DNA of 64,000 bases from an uncultured Gammaproteobacteria bacterium (GTDB lineage Bacteria > Patescibacteriota > Microgenomatia > Woykebacterales > RBG-16-39-9b), in NCBI GenBank assembly GCA_964367355.1, contig CAYIWY010000008.1, positions 15,172 to 79,171 of the forward strand, written 5' to 3'. Every line of letters starts with the position of its first letter. Position 1 is the stretch's first letter. Below, piece by piece: positions 9,479 to 19,546 of this stretch. The notes under the pieces are model-generated. The model was not told where the DNA came from, did no database searches, and worked only from the letters and a program-made list of their open reading frames with translations. Both the position numbers and the translations under genes were made by a program.

Positions 9479-10771
9479 ATGGTTACTGCCAACCAACCTG
9501 TAAATTCCACTTCTCTTCAGGAAAAAGAAAAATATTACCGTTTTGAAAGAATCGCGGAGGTATTTACTTATCTTGGACTTGGTGGAGCACTGTTTCTCTC
9601 GTTTTTAAGCTTCTCATTACCAATTGATAAGGTAAGTCTTTGGAAGCTATTTGGTTTTGTTTTTATATTTGCTTTTTCTTGGTTTCGACTTGTACCCAAA
9701 AAATATTCCGGTTTAACTAAAATTTTGATTTACTACTACTGTACGATACTCTTTGTTTGGTCTGGTGTGCATTTTACTCAAGGGGTTGGTAGTTTAGTCT
9801 TATTTTTCTTTTATCTAACGGTTTTGAGTGCCGCTGCTTCAATGGAAATAAAGTATTTTATCTCGATTGTTGTGACGATTGCAGCTGCTTTAATTATTGA
9901 AGGGATATTTTTTAGTACTTCTTTTTCTCCGGAACTCAGGGTTAATTTAACAATACTTCATCTTTGGGCATTAATAATTGTAGCACTGTTTGGAAAATCA
10001 GTTTTCAGTCAAGAAAAAATTGCGCAGGAATTTGGTGAATCCTCGCAACTTAAAACAGCCAAGCAAATCGATGTAGTTAAAAACGAATTTGTATTTATTA
10101 TCAGCAATAAACTACGGCAGCCAATATTATCGCTTCTGAACTACCTTAAGGCTGCATTGAAAGCCGGAGAGCAGCAGTTAAGCCCGGATATTTTTGATTT
10201 ACTGAAAAAAACAAATGACAATACTGAGCGATTGGGGAGTTTGGTTAACGATCTATCTGATTTATCTCGAATTGAAAGTCAGAAGCTAAAACTTAGTTTG
10301 CAAGAAGTAAATTTAAATCAATTGATCGGTGCAACACTGTCGGATTTTAGTATGTCAGCAGCAGAAAAAAATATTAAACTAATTTATCAACCAAATTTCG
10401 AAACAATTATTGTATCGGCTGATCCTTCCCGTTTGCATGAGATTCTCGCCAATTTGATAGACAATGCGATTAAGTATTCTCCTTCAAACACACAAGTTAC
10501 GGTTGGCTTTTCTAAAGAGGAAGATCAGGCCGTAACTTTTGTAAGAGATAGTGGTTTTGGTATTCCGGAAGAAGCAAAAGTACATTTGTTTGAGAAATTT
10601 TATCGTGTTAATCGTAGCTCCAGTGAACCAAAAGGTACCGGATTGGGTTTGTTTGTTACTAAAGAGTTAGTCGAAAGACAAGATGGAAAAATATGGTTCG
10701 ATAGTCAGGTTGGCCGGGGGACTACTTTTTATTTCTCACTTCTTTTAAAAACGGAAGGAGGAGTAACTTAG
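9479..10771 (+). CDS. membrane sensor histidine-kinase-like protein lacking the phosphoacceptor His
   Basis: multi-TM N-terminus; H-box reads ISNKLRQP; intact NAIKY, DSGFGIP, GTGLGL boxes. Confidence 0.85.
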   Translation: MVTANQPVNSTSLQEKEKYYRFERIAEVFTYLGLGGALFLSFLSFSLPIDKVSLWKLFGFVFIFAFSWFRLVPKKYSGLTKILIYYYCTILFVWSGVHFTQGVGSLVLFFFYLTVLSAAASMEIKYFISIVVTIAAALIIEGIFFSTSFSPELRVNLTILHLWALIIVALFGKSVFSQEKIAQEFGESSQLKTAKQIDVVKNEFVFIISNKLRQPILSLLNYLKAALKAGEQQLSPDIFDLLKKTNDNTERLGSLVNDLSDLSRIESQKLKLSLQEVNLNQLIGATLSDFSMSAAEKNIKLIYQPNFETIIVSADPSRLHEILANLIDNAIKYSPSNTQVTVGFSKEEDQAVTFVRDSGFGIPEEAKVHLFEKFYRVNRSSSEPKGTGLGLFVTKELVERQDGKIWFDSQVGRGTTFYFSLLLKTEGGVT

Positions 10772-10840
10772 AAAAATTATATGTCGTTTGCACGCCATGT
10801 AATTTAAAATAAATAGTATTTCAAAAAGTATTTTTAAATT

Positions 10841-12127
10841 ATGGAAACAACTACTCAAAAATTTAAAAGACTGGAAAGAATCAGATTAGTATTTCTTGTT
10901 CTGCTAATTGTTTGTGGATTGGTAATAATTCAAATAAAACTTCCCAACCCAATCATAAAGGATACTTTGATTGAAGTTAATAAATTTGGTGTGTATACTG
11001 TTGCAGCTTTTTTACTCGCCTTTGCTACATTCTGGAATTTATTTGCTAAGAAGAAATTTACCCATACAGAACTGGCAATTTTTACTGAAACTGTTATTTA
11101 TTTGATGGCGATAACCCTTATCGTCAGCTTCACCGGCGGTACTTATAGCTTGTTCAATTTTCTTTATTTTTTACCTGTTTTGAATGTAGCTGCAAAGCTT
11201 AGTTTAAAATACTCAATCACTACTTCGATTATCGCGGCAGTAATGTTGTCATTACATATAATTGGAAATTATCGAAGTATTGGGTTATCTGACGCCACCA
11301 ATCTTTATTTGGTTAATTTATTTGGGATTATTGTAGTTACTGCTCTAGGAAGATTTTTAGTAACAGAATTAACCATAATCCAAAAAAAGCAGGAGTATTT
11401 GAAAATAGAGCAGATCCACCAATTAGATAAAATAAAAGATGAATTTGTCTTTATAATCGCACACGAACTTCGCAGCCCGATTACAGCTATCAGAGGATAC
11501 TTAGAGTTAATCAATACTGATTCCAAAACAAAAGTTGAAGTCAATCTTAAAAATTTATTGAACAAGAGCTTTTCTACTGGAAATAAATTGGCAAGTATCG
11601 TTAGCCTGCTTTTGGAAGTAGCTAGAATCGAAACTGGGAAAATTAGTTTTTACTTCCAAAAGATTGATGTTCGAAATTCAATCGAATTTATACTTTCTAG
11701 TATGCAGAAAGATATTGATGAAAAATTTATTCAACTCACAATTCAAGTCCCAAAAGAGAATCTAGTTTTAATTGATAAAGAGCGGCTAGAAGAAATACTA
11801 ATTATTTTGGTCGAGAATGCAATTTCGTTTACTCCAGAGTATGGAAAAATTCTAATTTCTTCTCAAACTACAGATAAACATTTAATTTTGTCAGTTGCAG
11901 ATTCTGGTGTGGGGATCCCTGAGGAAATGAAGAGTAAAATGTTTGAAAAACTTTACACTGAGAATACCAATACAGGAGAGGTAAAAATAAAAGGTTACGG
12001 AATTGGATTGTACGTGGCAAAACAGCTACTCCTACGGATGAATGGTGACATTACTTTTGAGAGTGTTTTAGGCAAGGGTACAACCTTTACATTAACCCTA
12101 CCAAAATATTGGGCCTTTGGTAAGTAG
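10841..12127 (+). CDS. membrane sensor histidine kinase
   Basis: multi-TM; AHELRSP, DSGVGIP, GIGLY, GKGTTF. Confidence 0.9.
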   Translation: METTTQKFKRLERIRLVFLVLLIVCGLVIIQIKLPNPIIKDTLIEVNKFGVYTVAAFLLAFATFWNLFAKKKFTHTELAIFTETVIYLMAITLIVSFTGGTYSLFNFLYFLPVLNVAAKLSLKYSITTSIIAAVMLSLHIIGNYRSIGLSDATNLYLVNLFGIIVVTALGRFLVTELTIIQKKQEYLKIEQIHQLDKIKDEFVFIIAHELRSPITAIRGYLELINTDSKTKVEVNLKNLLNKSFSTGNKLASIVSLLLEVARIETGKISFYFQKIDVRNSIEFILSSMQKDIDEKFIQLTIQVPKENLVLIDKERLEEILIILVENAISFTPEYGKILISSQTTDKHLILSVADSGVGIPEEMKSKMFEKLYTENTNTGEVKIKGYGIGLYVAKQLLLRMNGDITFESVLGKGTTFTLTLPKYWAFGK

Positions 12128-12270
12128 ATCAAACCTGAAGTTTCTGGATCTTTCAAAGAACCAGATTTTTTAATACAATAGAATAAATCGATTTTTTTAA
12201 ACAAGTTTTACCCAGTACTGATTCGAAGTTCACTTTTTAATTATGTTAATTAAAAATACACTTTCTCATT

Positions 12271-13548
12271 ATGCTAATTCGAAATAAAGATTTACTATCA
12301 ACAACACCAACTCGCGATCGGGCTTTAAAAATTCTCAATGCAGGCCTTGTGGCGATAGATACAAAAAAAGTAATTTCAGAAACTGTCAAATTACGGGATA
12401 ATTATCTCTTTATTCGAGATCGTGCCTACGACCTCTCGAATTATCGGAAAATCTTTTTGGTTGCATTTGGTAAGGATTCATTTGTCGCTTCGTCTGAAAT
12501 AAAAAATATTTTGGGGGATAAACTAAGCGGCGGTATTGTATTGTCTTTGAAGCCAGATAAAATTTCCGGTTTGGAAACTTATCAATGTACCCATCCTCAT
12601 ACTTCTTTAAACAACGTTGTCGCTACTAAAAAAGTAATTGATTTATTTAAAAAAACTACAGAAGATGATTTGATTTTGGTAGTTATTTCCGGTGGAGGTT
12701 CAGCGATGCTGACTGCTCCTTATAGTATTACTTTTAGCGAAAAAGCAACGATTGCAGAAAATTTAATGGATTTAGGTGCGGATATAGAGGAACTGAACAT
12801 TGTTCGCAAACATTTGTCGGAAATAAAAGGTGGCCGACTAGCGGAGCTTGCTTACCCATCAACGTTAGTGACTTTAATATTTTCCGATATTATCGGTAAC
12901 AATTTGAGTACAATTGCTTCTGGTCCGACGGTGATGGACCACACGAGCGTTGAGGATGCAAAGAAGGTATTGGACAAATATAAAATTCTCGAAAAAGTCT
13001 CAATAGCGGATTTGGAATTACACGAGACTCCAAAGGCCGAAAAACTTTTTCAAAAGGTAGAGAATTTTCTAGTTATGGACAATTCAATTGCCACAGGCGC
13101 GATGGAAGAAGAGGCACGGGCCTTGGGTTATTCGACCAGAGTCTTCGCCAACAACCTCCACGGTCGGGCAGAAGAAGTTGGTGCAGAGTTGTTGTCTCAA
13201 GCAAGGAAAGGTGAAGTTTTGATCGCTGCTGGAGAAACCACAGTTGAGGTCAATGGTGATGGTATTGGTGGGAGAAGCCAAGAACTGGTTTTGTCGAATT
13301 TATCGATTATTAAGGAAAACCAAGTTTTAATCTCGGCTGGATCTGATGGCCACGATCATTCGGATTATGCTGGAGCAGTTGGGGACCTCTACACTCTGAA
13401 AAAAGCAAACGAGGCAAAAATAAATCCAGAAGATTTCCTTAAAGAAAACGATTCGTTCCATTTTTTTCAGAAAGTCGGTGATGGTATTGATACCGGACAA
13501 CTTGAATCAAACGTAGCTGATTTAATGTTAGTTATTACAGATAAATAA
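12271..13548 (+). CDS. glycerate 2-kinase (DUF4147/MOFRL family)
   Basis: HPH, ISGGGSA, RKHLSEIKGGRLA, IASGPT, GETTV, GGRSQE. Confidence 0.9.
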   Translation: MLIRNKDLLSTTPTRDRALKILNAGLVAIDTKKVISETVKLRDNYLFIRDRAYDLSNYRKIFLVAFGKDSFVASSEIKNILGDKLSGGIVLSLKPDKISGLETYQCTHPHTSLNNVVATKKVIDLFKKTTEDDLILVVISGGGSAMLTAPYSITFSEKATIAENLMDLGADIEELNIVRKHLSEIKGGRLAELAYPSTLVTLIFSDIIGNNLSTIASGPTVMDHTSVEDAKKVLDKYKILEKVSIADLELHETPKAEKLFQKVENFLVMDNSIATGAMEEEARALGYSTRVFANNLHGRAEEVGAELLSQARKGEVLIAAGETTVEVNGDGIGGRSQELVLSNLSIIKENQVLISAGSDGHDHSDYAGAVGDLYTLKKANEAKINPEDFLKENDSFHFFQKVGDGIDTGQLESNVADLMLVITDK

Positions 13549-13557
13549 ATCTAAACT

Positions 13558-13770
13558 ATGAGTCCTATAGGTGAGACAATTAACCGCTCTTTGGTAAAAA
13601 CAATTTCCTGGAGATTGTTTGTTTTAGTAATCGATTTTTCGATCGCCTACCTTGTCACCAAAAATTTCGACCTCTCCAGTAAACTTGCTTTGGCAAAATT
13701 AATTGTAGCTTCAGTATTCTATTTTTTCCATGAAAGAATCTGGACAAGAATTAACTGGGGTAAGGTTTAA
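13558..13770 (+). CDS. DUF2061 family small membrane protein
   Basis: RSLVKTISWR ... YFFHERIW..I.WG. Confidence 0.85.
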   Translation: MSPIGETINRSLVKTISWRLFVLVIDFSIAYLVTKNFDLSSKLALAKLIVASVFYFFHERIWTRINWGKV

Positions 13771-14342
13771 ACTGTCTTCTTACACAAATCACAAATAACG
13801 GATGTTATGAATTGATGGTTATCTGGGTTTTGTTTATCTGGTTTTAACTCAAAGACTAAATTTCCGCCACAACTCGGGCATTTGTAGAAATTCATAAAGG
13901 AAAAATCTTGGGAAAGTTTGATGACATCACCGTAACCATCCCGCGGCGAGATGCGATAAGATTTCTCAGTTCCAGTATCGAGAAGAGTTTTAATTTTATT
14001 GATTATTTCATTGGGGGAAAAATTGGTCTTGAGAAGGTAATCTTTTGCTCCAAGGGTCAGCGCTTTTTTGATATTCTCATCGTTGGCGACGTTGCTTAAG
14101 ACAATTACGGGAATAGATTTTAGAGCAGCGTCTGTATTTAATTGCTCTAAAACCTGCAAACCGTTTAGTTTTGGCATCAAGATATCGAGCAAGATTAGGT
14201 TTGGCCCAAAACTCTTTATTTTAGCAATTGCTTCCTCACCATCGGCGGCGGTATCAATAGTAAAACCTTCAAAGGTAAGTCTATCGGAATAAATTTTTCT
14301 TAAAATCTCTTCATCATCAACGATTAATATTTTTGCAGTCAT
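13767..14342 (-). CDS. response regulator receiver with C-terminal zinc-ribbon-like tail
   Basis: KILIVDDE, LLDILMP, YLLK; CPSCGG...CDLC; start taken at MTAKIL. Confidence 0.88.
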   Translation of the reverse strand: MTAKILIVDDEEILRKIYSDRLTFEGFTIDTAADGEEAIAKIKSFGPNLILLDILMPKLNGLQVLEQLNTDAALKSIPVIVLSNVANDENIKKALTLGAKDYLLKTNFSPNEIINKIKTLLDTGTEKSYRISPRDGYGDVIKLSQDFSFMNFYKCPSCGGNLVFELKPDKQNPDNHQFITSVICDLCKKTV

Positions 14343-14344
14343 AA

Positions 14345-15784
14345 TTAGTTCGCCTTTGCAATTGGTAAAACAAATCCGAAAGTACTGCCTTTTCCTTCTT
14401 CTGATTCGAACCAAACTTTGCCTTTTTGTTTTTCAACAAGCTTTTTAACTGCGTAAAGTCCAAGCCCGGTTCCGGTAGTTAATCTGCTCAAAGGATTCTC
14501 TACCCTTGAAAATTTCTGAAAGAGATCCTTCTGCCTCTCTTTAGGAATTCCCACTCCACTATCCTTGACTAAAACCCATACCCCTATCTCATTGGCAGTA
14601 ACTCTAGCGTTAATTGTACCGCCATCAAAAGTGTATTTCAAGGCGTTCTCCATGAGATTACTAATTATTTCCTTTGTTTTTTCAGGATCGACTGAAACAT
14701 TTGGAAGATTTGGGTCGATAGTTAGGTAGAACTTTTGTTTATGTTCAGCAGCCCGCAGCAGTAGACTTTTTTGAACTTCAGTCGCTAGACTACCTAGGTT
14801 AACTGATTGAAAATTAAGCTGCATTCTACCTTGCTCAATACGGGAGATATTGAGTAAATCATTGACCAAGTTGATCATTCGTTCGTTGGCTACATTCAGA
14901 AGTTTTATATATTCTTTTTGCTTAGGGTTTAATGGACCGGCAATATTATCATTTAGAAGCGAGACTAAACCTTTAATTTCTGAAAGCGGGGTTCGCAGTT
15001 GATGGCTGGCAATTGAGATAAGGTCGGTTCGTATTTCCTCAATTTCCTTTTCATGAGTAATATCTCGAAAGACAACTATCCCACCGACAATTATCCCCTT
15101 TTGATTTCGGATTGGAGAAGCGTTTACTGCCACTGGAATTTCAGCTTGATCAGAAGTTACCAAGACTGTATCTTTGGGTAACGCAAGCTGTTTACCATCG
15201 AGTAGAACTTGATTGATAAATGGACCATAATTTTCTCTGGATTTAGAATTTGAAAACTGAAGAAGACTGTCGTAACGCTGATTGATAGCTTGTTCTAGTT
15301 TAAAACCAAGTAGTCTTTCAGCAACTTTATTAAAAATAATAATCTCGCCCTTGAGATTGACCGCAAAAACGCCTTCTCCGACATTGAAAAGAATGGCTTC
15401 TGCACGGTTTCTGGCTTCTTCGGTTGAGTTTAGTCGGTCACGTAGTAGACGGCGCAGTTCCTCCAGAGCAGAAGCGAGTTTGCCGAATTCATCATCAGCG
15501 TCTAGTTCAATCTCTTTATCAAATTCACCAGAGCCAACTCTAGTAGCAGCTGAAGTAAAAAAATTGAGTTTATTTTTTGTTGAATTCGCTGTATAAAATG
15601 AAAAAAAGATAAAAATTAAATAGGAAAAAGAAATAATACCAACTAAAGCTATTTCCCCAACAAACACCGCCTGTTTAATCTGAATATTAAAGAGGGGTCC
15701 AACTACAAAAATCAAAGATAGGTTTAGCGCTGTTATGAAGACAGCAAAAAGAAGAGTTTTCAAAACTAAGCTTAATTTGAGCAT
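14345..15784 (-). CDS. HAMP-PAS sensor histidine kinase
   Basis: 2 TM, DEFGKL HAMP, PAS region, SHQLRTPL, NALKY, GTGLGL. Confidence 0.92.
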   Translation of the reverse strand: MLKLSLVLKTLLFAVFITALNLSLIFVVGPLFNIQIKQAVFVGEIALVGIISFSYLIFIFFSFYTANSTKNKLNFFTSAATRVGSGEFDKEIELDADDEFGKLASALEELRRLLRDRLNSTEEARNRAEAILFNVGEGVFAVNLKGEIIIFNKVAERLLGFKLEQAINQRYDSLLQFSNSKSRENYGPFINQVLLDGKQLALPKDTVLVTSDQAEIPVAVNASPIRNQKGIIVGGIVVFRDITHEKEIEEIRTDLISIASHQLRTPLSEIKGLVSLLNDNIAGPLNPKQKEYIKLLNVANERMINLVNDLLNISRIEQGRMQLNFQSVNLGSLATEVQKSLLLRAAEHKQKFYLTIDPNLPNVSVDPEKTKEIISNLMENALKYTFDGGTINARVTANEIGVWVLVKDSGVGIPKERQKDLFQKFSRVENPLSRLTTGTGLGLYAVKKLVEKQKGKVWFESEEGKGSTFGFVLPIAKAN

Positions 15785-15859
15785 GGAGGCAGGCCAAACT
15801 TCATTATATCAATAAAACAGCTTATTCTCAAAAGTAAAAATATAAGGTAAATTAAGAAA

Positions 15860-16942
15860 GTGGCAAAGAAAAAACAGACATACCCTCATAACAAACCTAT
15901 TTTGATTGTAATCGCAATCTTGTTACTATTGATAATTTTTCCAATAATTTTAAGCTATTCTAATTTTTACCCTCCGTTTATCGATAAAAAAGTTATTTAT
16001 TTTCTCGATAGCGTAGTTGTCGATATTCCATTTTTACCAAAGACGCCAAAGCAGGTCTTTACAAAATCATTATTTCGCAATCAGAATTTACAGAATTACC
16101 ACCTGACTTCGAAGCTAGATTTGGATTCTGGTAAAGTTAAATTACTTGAGTTTACTGCAATTCAAGCAGTGGAAAAAGCCGGATCGTTTGAAACAAAGAC
16201 AAGAGCCAAAATTGTCGGAAATATTAATTTTATTCCAGGTAGTCAGACAGAATTTGAAACGATTAAATCTCAGAACGAACTTTATTTCAAAATTACCAGT
16301 TTGCCACAAGCAATTGGAATAAATACAGCTAATTTGCAAAAAGAGTGGTACAAAATTGATCTTGACGCTTTTCAAAAAGCCCTAGGGGTAAAAGCTCGCA
16401 ACGATCAACAAATTATTGATGATATTCGAGTCGAGTTTCAAAAAGTACAGTCTGGTTTGATCGATAAATCAATCTTTAGCAAAGTAAAAAGCTTTAAAAA
16501 AACAAAAATAGCAAAGAATAGTTTTTACGAAATAAAGTTGGCTCTTGACCAAAATAGCTTCAAAAAATTTCCTTTACTTTCCGAATTAAAAATCGACAAA
16601 CCCATCTTGACTCTTTGGGTAAATTCTGGAAGTTACCATTTAACTAAGTTGGATTTAGTCGGGGAGGTGTTATCTAAAAACAGTAAGGTAGAGACAAATT
16701 CAAATTTGAAACTTCACTTTAGTTCAGTATTAACCAATATCGGTACTGTGCAAAATTTCGAAATGCCAAAAAACCCAACAGCAATTAAGGACCCGCTTGA
16801 TTTAGCAATGAAATCTACACAAACGACTGGCAATGTAGATAAACTTTTTGCAGCCACATCGCTTCAAAAAGATTTGGGGGAGAATTTCTTGACTGTTGAG
16901 CGGTTGATTTCCGTTTTACTTCTTATACTAAAGGCTATTTAA
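15860..16942 (+). CDS. hypothetical membrane-anchored protein
   Basis: 360-aa ORF with N-terminal TM helix. Confidence 0.65.
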   Translation: MAKKKQTYPHNKPILIVIAILLLLIIFPIILSYSNFYPPFIDKKVIYFLDSVVVDIPFLPKTPKQVFTKSLFRNQNLQNYHLTSKLDLDSGKVKLLEFTAIQAVEKAGSFETKTRAKIVGNINFIPGSQTEFETIKSQNELYFKITSLPQAIGINTANLQKEWYKIDLDAFQKALGVKARNDQQIIDDIRVEFQKVQSGLIDKSIFSKVKSFKKTKIAKNSFYEIKLALDQNSFKKFPLLSELKIDKPILTLWVNSGSYHLTKLDLVGEVLSKNSKVETNSNLKLHFSSVLTNIGTVQNFEMPKNPTAIKDPLDLAMKSTQTTGNVDKLFAATSLQKDLGENFLTVERLISVLLLILKAI

Positions 16943-16983
16943 GATTTTTACTATTTTTCTTTAAAGCTGATATAATTAACCAA

Positions 16984-17154
16984 ATGGGCTTCAATCTGCT
17001 TTTTTGGAAAAAAACTGAAAGATTCACAATTCAAAACCAAGAAATTATTCAGCCGATTATTAAAGGTTGCAAGTGTGGTAGTGGCTTGGCTTTTTCCGAT
17101 TGCCATGCTATTGAATTTGCTTTGCCGGATCATGAACGACCTGATCCTGATTAA
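16984..17154 (+). CDS. 56-aa SEC-C-motif small protein (not in the ORF track)
   Basis: manual translation MGFNLLFWKK...GCKCGSGLAFSDCHAIEF...PDPD*; TATAAT just upstream. Confidence 0.7.
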   Translation: MGFNLLFWKKTERFTIQNQEIIQPIIKGCKCGSGLAFSDCHAIEFALPDHERPDPD

Positions 17155-17193
17155 CATTAATCCGCCATCTGGCGGAAAAGGAGAACTGTCCTT

Positions 17194-18288
17194 ATGGTAA
17201 AAGTTGGAATTAATGGTTTTGGCCGTATTGGCCGTCAGGCTTTTAAGGTTGCCTTGGATAAACATCCCAATGAAGTTGAAATTGTTGGGGTTAACGACTT
17301 AACGGATGCTAAAACACTTGCCCATCTTCTCAAATACGATAGTTCTTATGGGATTTATTCTAAAAATGTTACCAGTGACAGCCAAAACGTCATAGTTGAA
17401 GGTAAACCGTATCGGGTTTACGCTGAAAAAGATCCAACGGCCCTGCCTTGGGGTCAGCTTGGTGTCGATATTGTTATCGAATCGACTGGACGTTTTACTG
17501 ACCTGGAAGGAGCGAGCAAACATATCACAGCTGGAGCCAAAAGAGTTATTATCTCTGCTCCGGCCAAGGGGGAAGGCGTTGGAACCTATTTGATCGGGGT
17601 AAATGCTGATAAAGACACCGGCGAAGGTAGAGTTATCAACAACGCTTCCTGCACCACCAACTGTATTTCCCCAATCGTGGCGGTTATGCAAGCAAAATTT
17701 GGAATCGCAAAAGCGATGATGACAACGGTTCATAGTTATACCCAAGACCAACTGCTACAAGACGGACCCCACAAGGATTTACGCAGAGCTCGTGCTGCTG
17801 GAATAAATATTGTCCCGACAACAACCGGAGCTGCGATTGCGACAACTGAAGCGATCCCGGAACTCAAAGGCTTATTTGACGGTATGAGTATTCGCGTTCC
17901 CACCCCGGTTGGTTCAATTTCGGATATTACCTTTTTACTAAAAAGAAAAACCTCAGTTGAAGAAATTAACAGCGCTTTAAGTGAAGCGGCCAATGGCAAT
18001 CTCAAGGGAATTTTAGCTGTGAGCACGGATCCTTTAGTTTCGACTGATATTGTCGGTCGGACCGAAAGTTCAATTGTCGATTTACCCCTGACCCAAGTAG
18101 TTGACGGCGACATGGTCAAAGTTTTTGCCTGGTATGACAATGAACTGGGTTATTCAAATAGATTAATTGAACAGGTTATCCACGCTGCTAATGTTAACAA
18201 AAATACTGGTGGTCAGCCGGTTGCAACCCCTCAAGCAACACCACCGGTTGTTGAATCATCTGCGCCACCAACAGGAGGACAAGTTTGA
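17194..18288 (+). CDS. gap: type I glyceraldehyde-3-phosphate dehydrogenase with Pro-rich C-terminal tail
   Basis: GINGFGRIGR, NASCTTNC, WYDNE. Confidence 0.97.
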   Translation: MVKVGINGFGRIGRQAFKVALDKHPNEVEIVGVNDLTDAKTLAHLLKYDSSYGIYSKNVTSDSQNVIVEGKPYRVYAEKDPTALPWGQLGVDIVIESTGRFTDLEGASKHITAGAKRVIISAPAKGEGVGTYLIGVNADKDTGEGRVINNASCTTNCISPIVAVMQAKFGIAKAMMTTVHSYTQDQLLQDGPHKDLRRARAAGINIVPTTTGAAIATTEAIPELKGLFDGMSIRVPTPVGSISDITFLLKRKTSVEEINSALSEAANGNLKGILAVSTDPLVSTDIVGRTESSIVDLPLTQVVDGDMVKVFAWYDNELGYSNRLIEQVIHAANVNKNTGGQPVATPQATPPVVESSAPPTGGQV

Positions 18289-18791
18289 AAGTTTATTTAG
18301 CAAGCGATCACGCGGGGTTTGAACTAAAAGAAAAGATTAAGCACTTTCTCAGTGAGAAAAGTTACGATGTGACCGATTGTGGAGCAGAGAGTTTTAATTC
18401 AAATGATGATTACCCGGACTTTATCGCCAAAGCCGCCGAGGCAGTTTCGGCTGATCCTGAAAATTCCCGGGGAATAATTTTTGGCGGGTCTGGCCAAGCT
18501 GAAGCGATGGTGGCCAACAAATTTAAAAATGTTCGCTGCGCTCTTTTTTACTCGGCGGTTTCACCGTTAGGAGCAGCCGATGTGACTGGCAGGACAAGTA
18601 GCGACCCATTCGAAATGATTCGGTTAACCAGAGAGCACAACAATAGTAATATGCTTTCGATTGGAGCGCGGTTTGTTTCCGAAGAAAATGCCAAGAAAGC
18701 GATCGAACTTTGGCTGATAAACCAATTTACAGGTGAAGAACGGCATGTCCGCCGAATTGAGAAAATTAAGAAATTAGAAAACAATCAGTGA
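18285..18791 (+). CDS. rpiB: ribose-5-phosphate isomerase B family
   Basis: SDHAG, DDYPD, GGSGQ, REHNNSN, RHVRR. Confidence 0.9.
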   Translation: MKVYLASDHAGFELKEKIKHFLSEKSYDVTDCGAESFNSNDDYPDFIAKAAEAVSADPENSRGIIFGGSGQAEAMVANKFKNVRCALFYSAVSPLGAADVTGRTSSDPFEMIRLTREHNNSNMLSIGARFVSEENAKKAIELWLINQFTGEERHVRRIEKIKKLENNQ

Positions 18792-18813
18792 CAAGGCCCG
18801 TCTTTGGAGTTTT

Positions 18814-19533
18814 ATGATTGAAATACTACCTGCAATTTTAGCAAAAACTTCAAACGACTATCATCACAAGTTAAAGACGGTTGAGCCGTTTACGCAGTGG
18901 GTTCAGATCGATATCGTTGATAATGTTTATGCGCGAAACCAAACCATTGATGCCAAAGTCGTTAGTTCAATCAGGACAAAATGCAAACTCGAAATTCAGT
19001 TGATGGTTGAGCGGATCGAAAATTGGATCGACCCTTTTATCAAAATTCGTCCTCACCGAATTATTGTTCCGATTGAATCAGCCAGGGAACCTTTGTTACT
19101 TGTTAGGCATTTAAAACAACACCAGATTCCGTTTGGTTTTTCGCTCGAGCCTCATACATCAGTTGAAATCTTGCAACATTTAGTTGATAAAATTGACGTC
19201 GCACTTCTTCTGGCAGTAAATCCTGGATTTTCCGGGCAGCATTTTTATCATGGAGTTTTGGACAAAATAAGAAAGCTTCGCGCAATGCGCCCTGACCTGC
19301 CGATCGAGATTGATGGCGGAATTGAACCTGATACAGCTAAAAAATGCGCGCAGGTGGGAGCAACAATCTTAGCTTCTGGAAGTTTCGTTTTTGACCATCC
19401 GTCAGGATCGCACGACGCTTCAGCGGCGGAAAATGATAAAATTGAGGGAGCTACTTATAGTGAAAAGGTAAGAAACTCGATAGAAGCATTAAAAGAAAGT
19501 GTCGAAAATATTATTCCTGAATCTGCCGTTTAA
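18814..19533 (+). CDS. rpe: ribulose-phosphate 3-epimerase
   Basis: QIDIVD, VNPGFSGQ, EIDGGI, SGS; operon context. Confidence 0.85.
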   Translation: MIEILPAILAKTSNDYHHKLKTVEPFTQWVQIDIVDNVYARNQTIDAKVVSSIRTKCKLEIQLMVERIENWIDPFIKIRPHRIIVPIESAREPLLLVRHLKQHQIPFGFSLEPHTSVEILQHLVDKIDVALLLAVNPGFSGQHFYHGVLDKIRKLRAMRPDLPIEIDGGIEPDTAKKCAQVGATILASGSFVFDHPSGSHDASAAENDKIEGATYSEKVRNSIEALKESVENIIPESAV

Positions 19534-19546
19534 GGAGATGAAAAAA

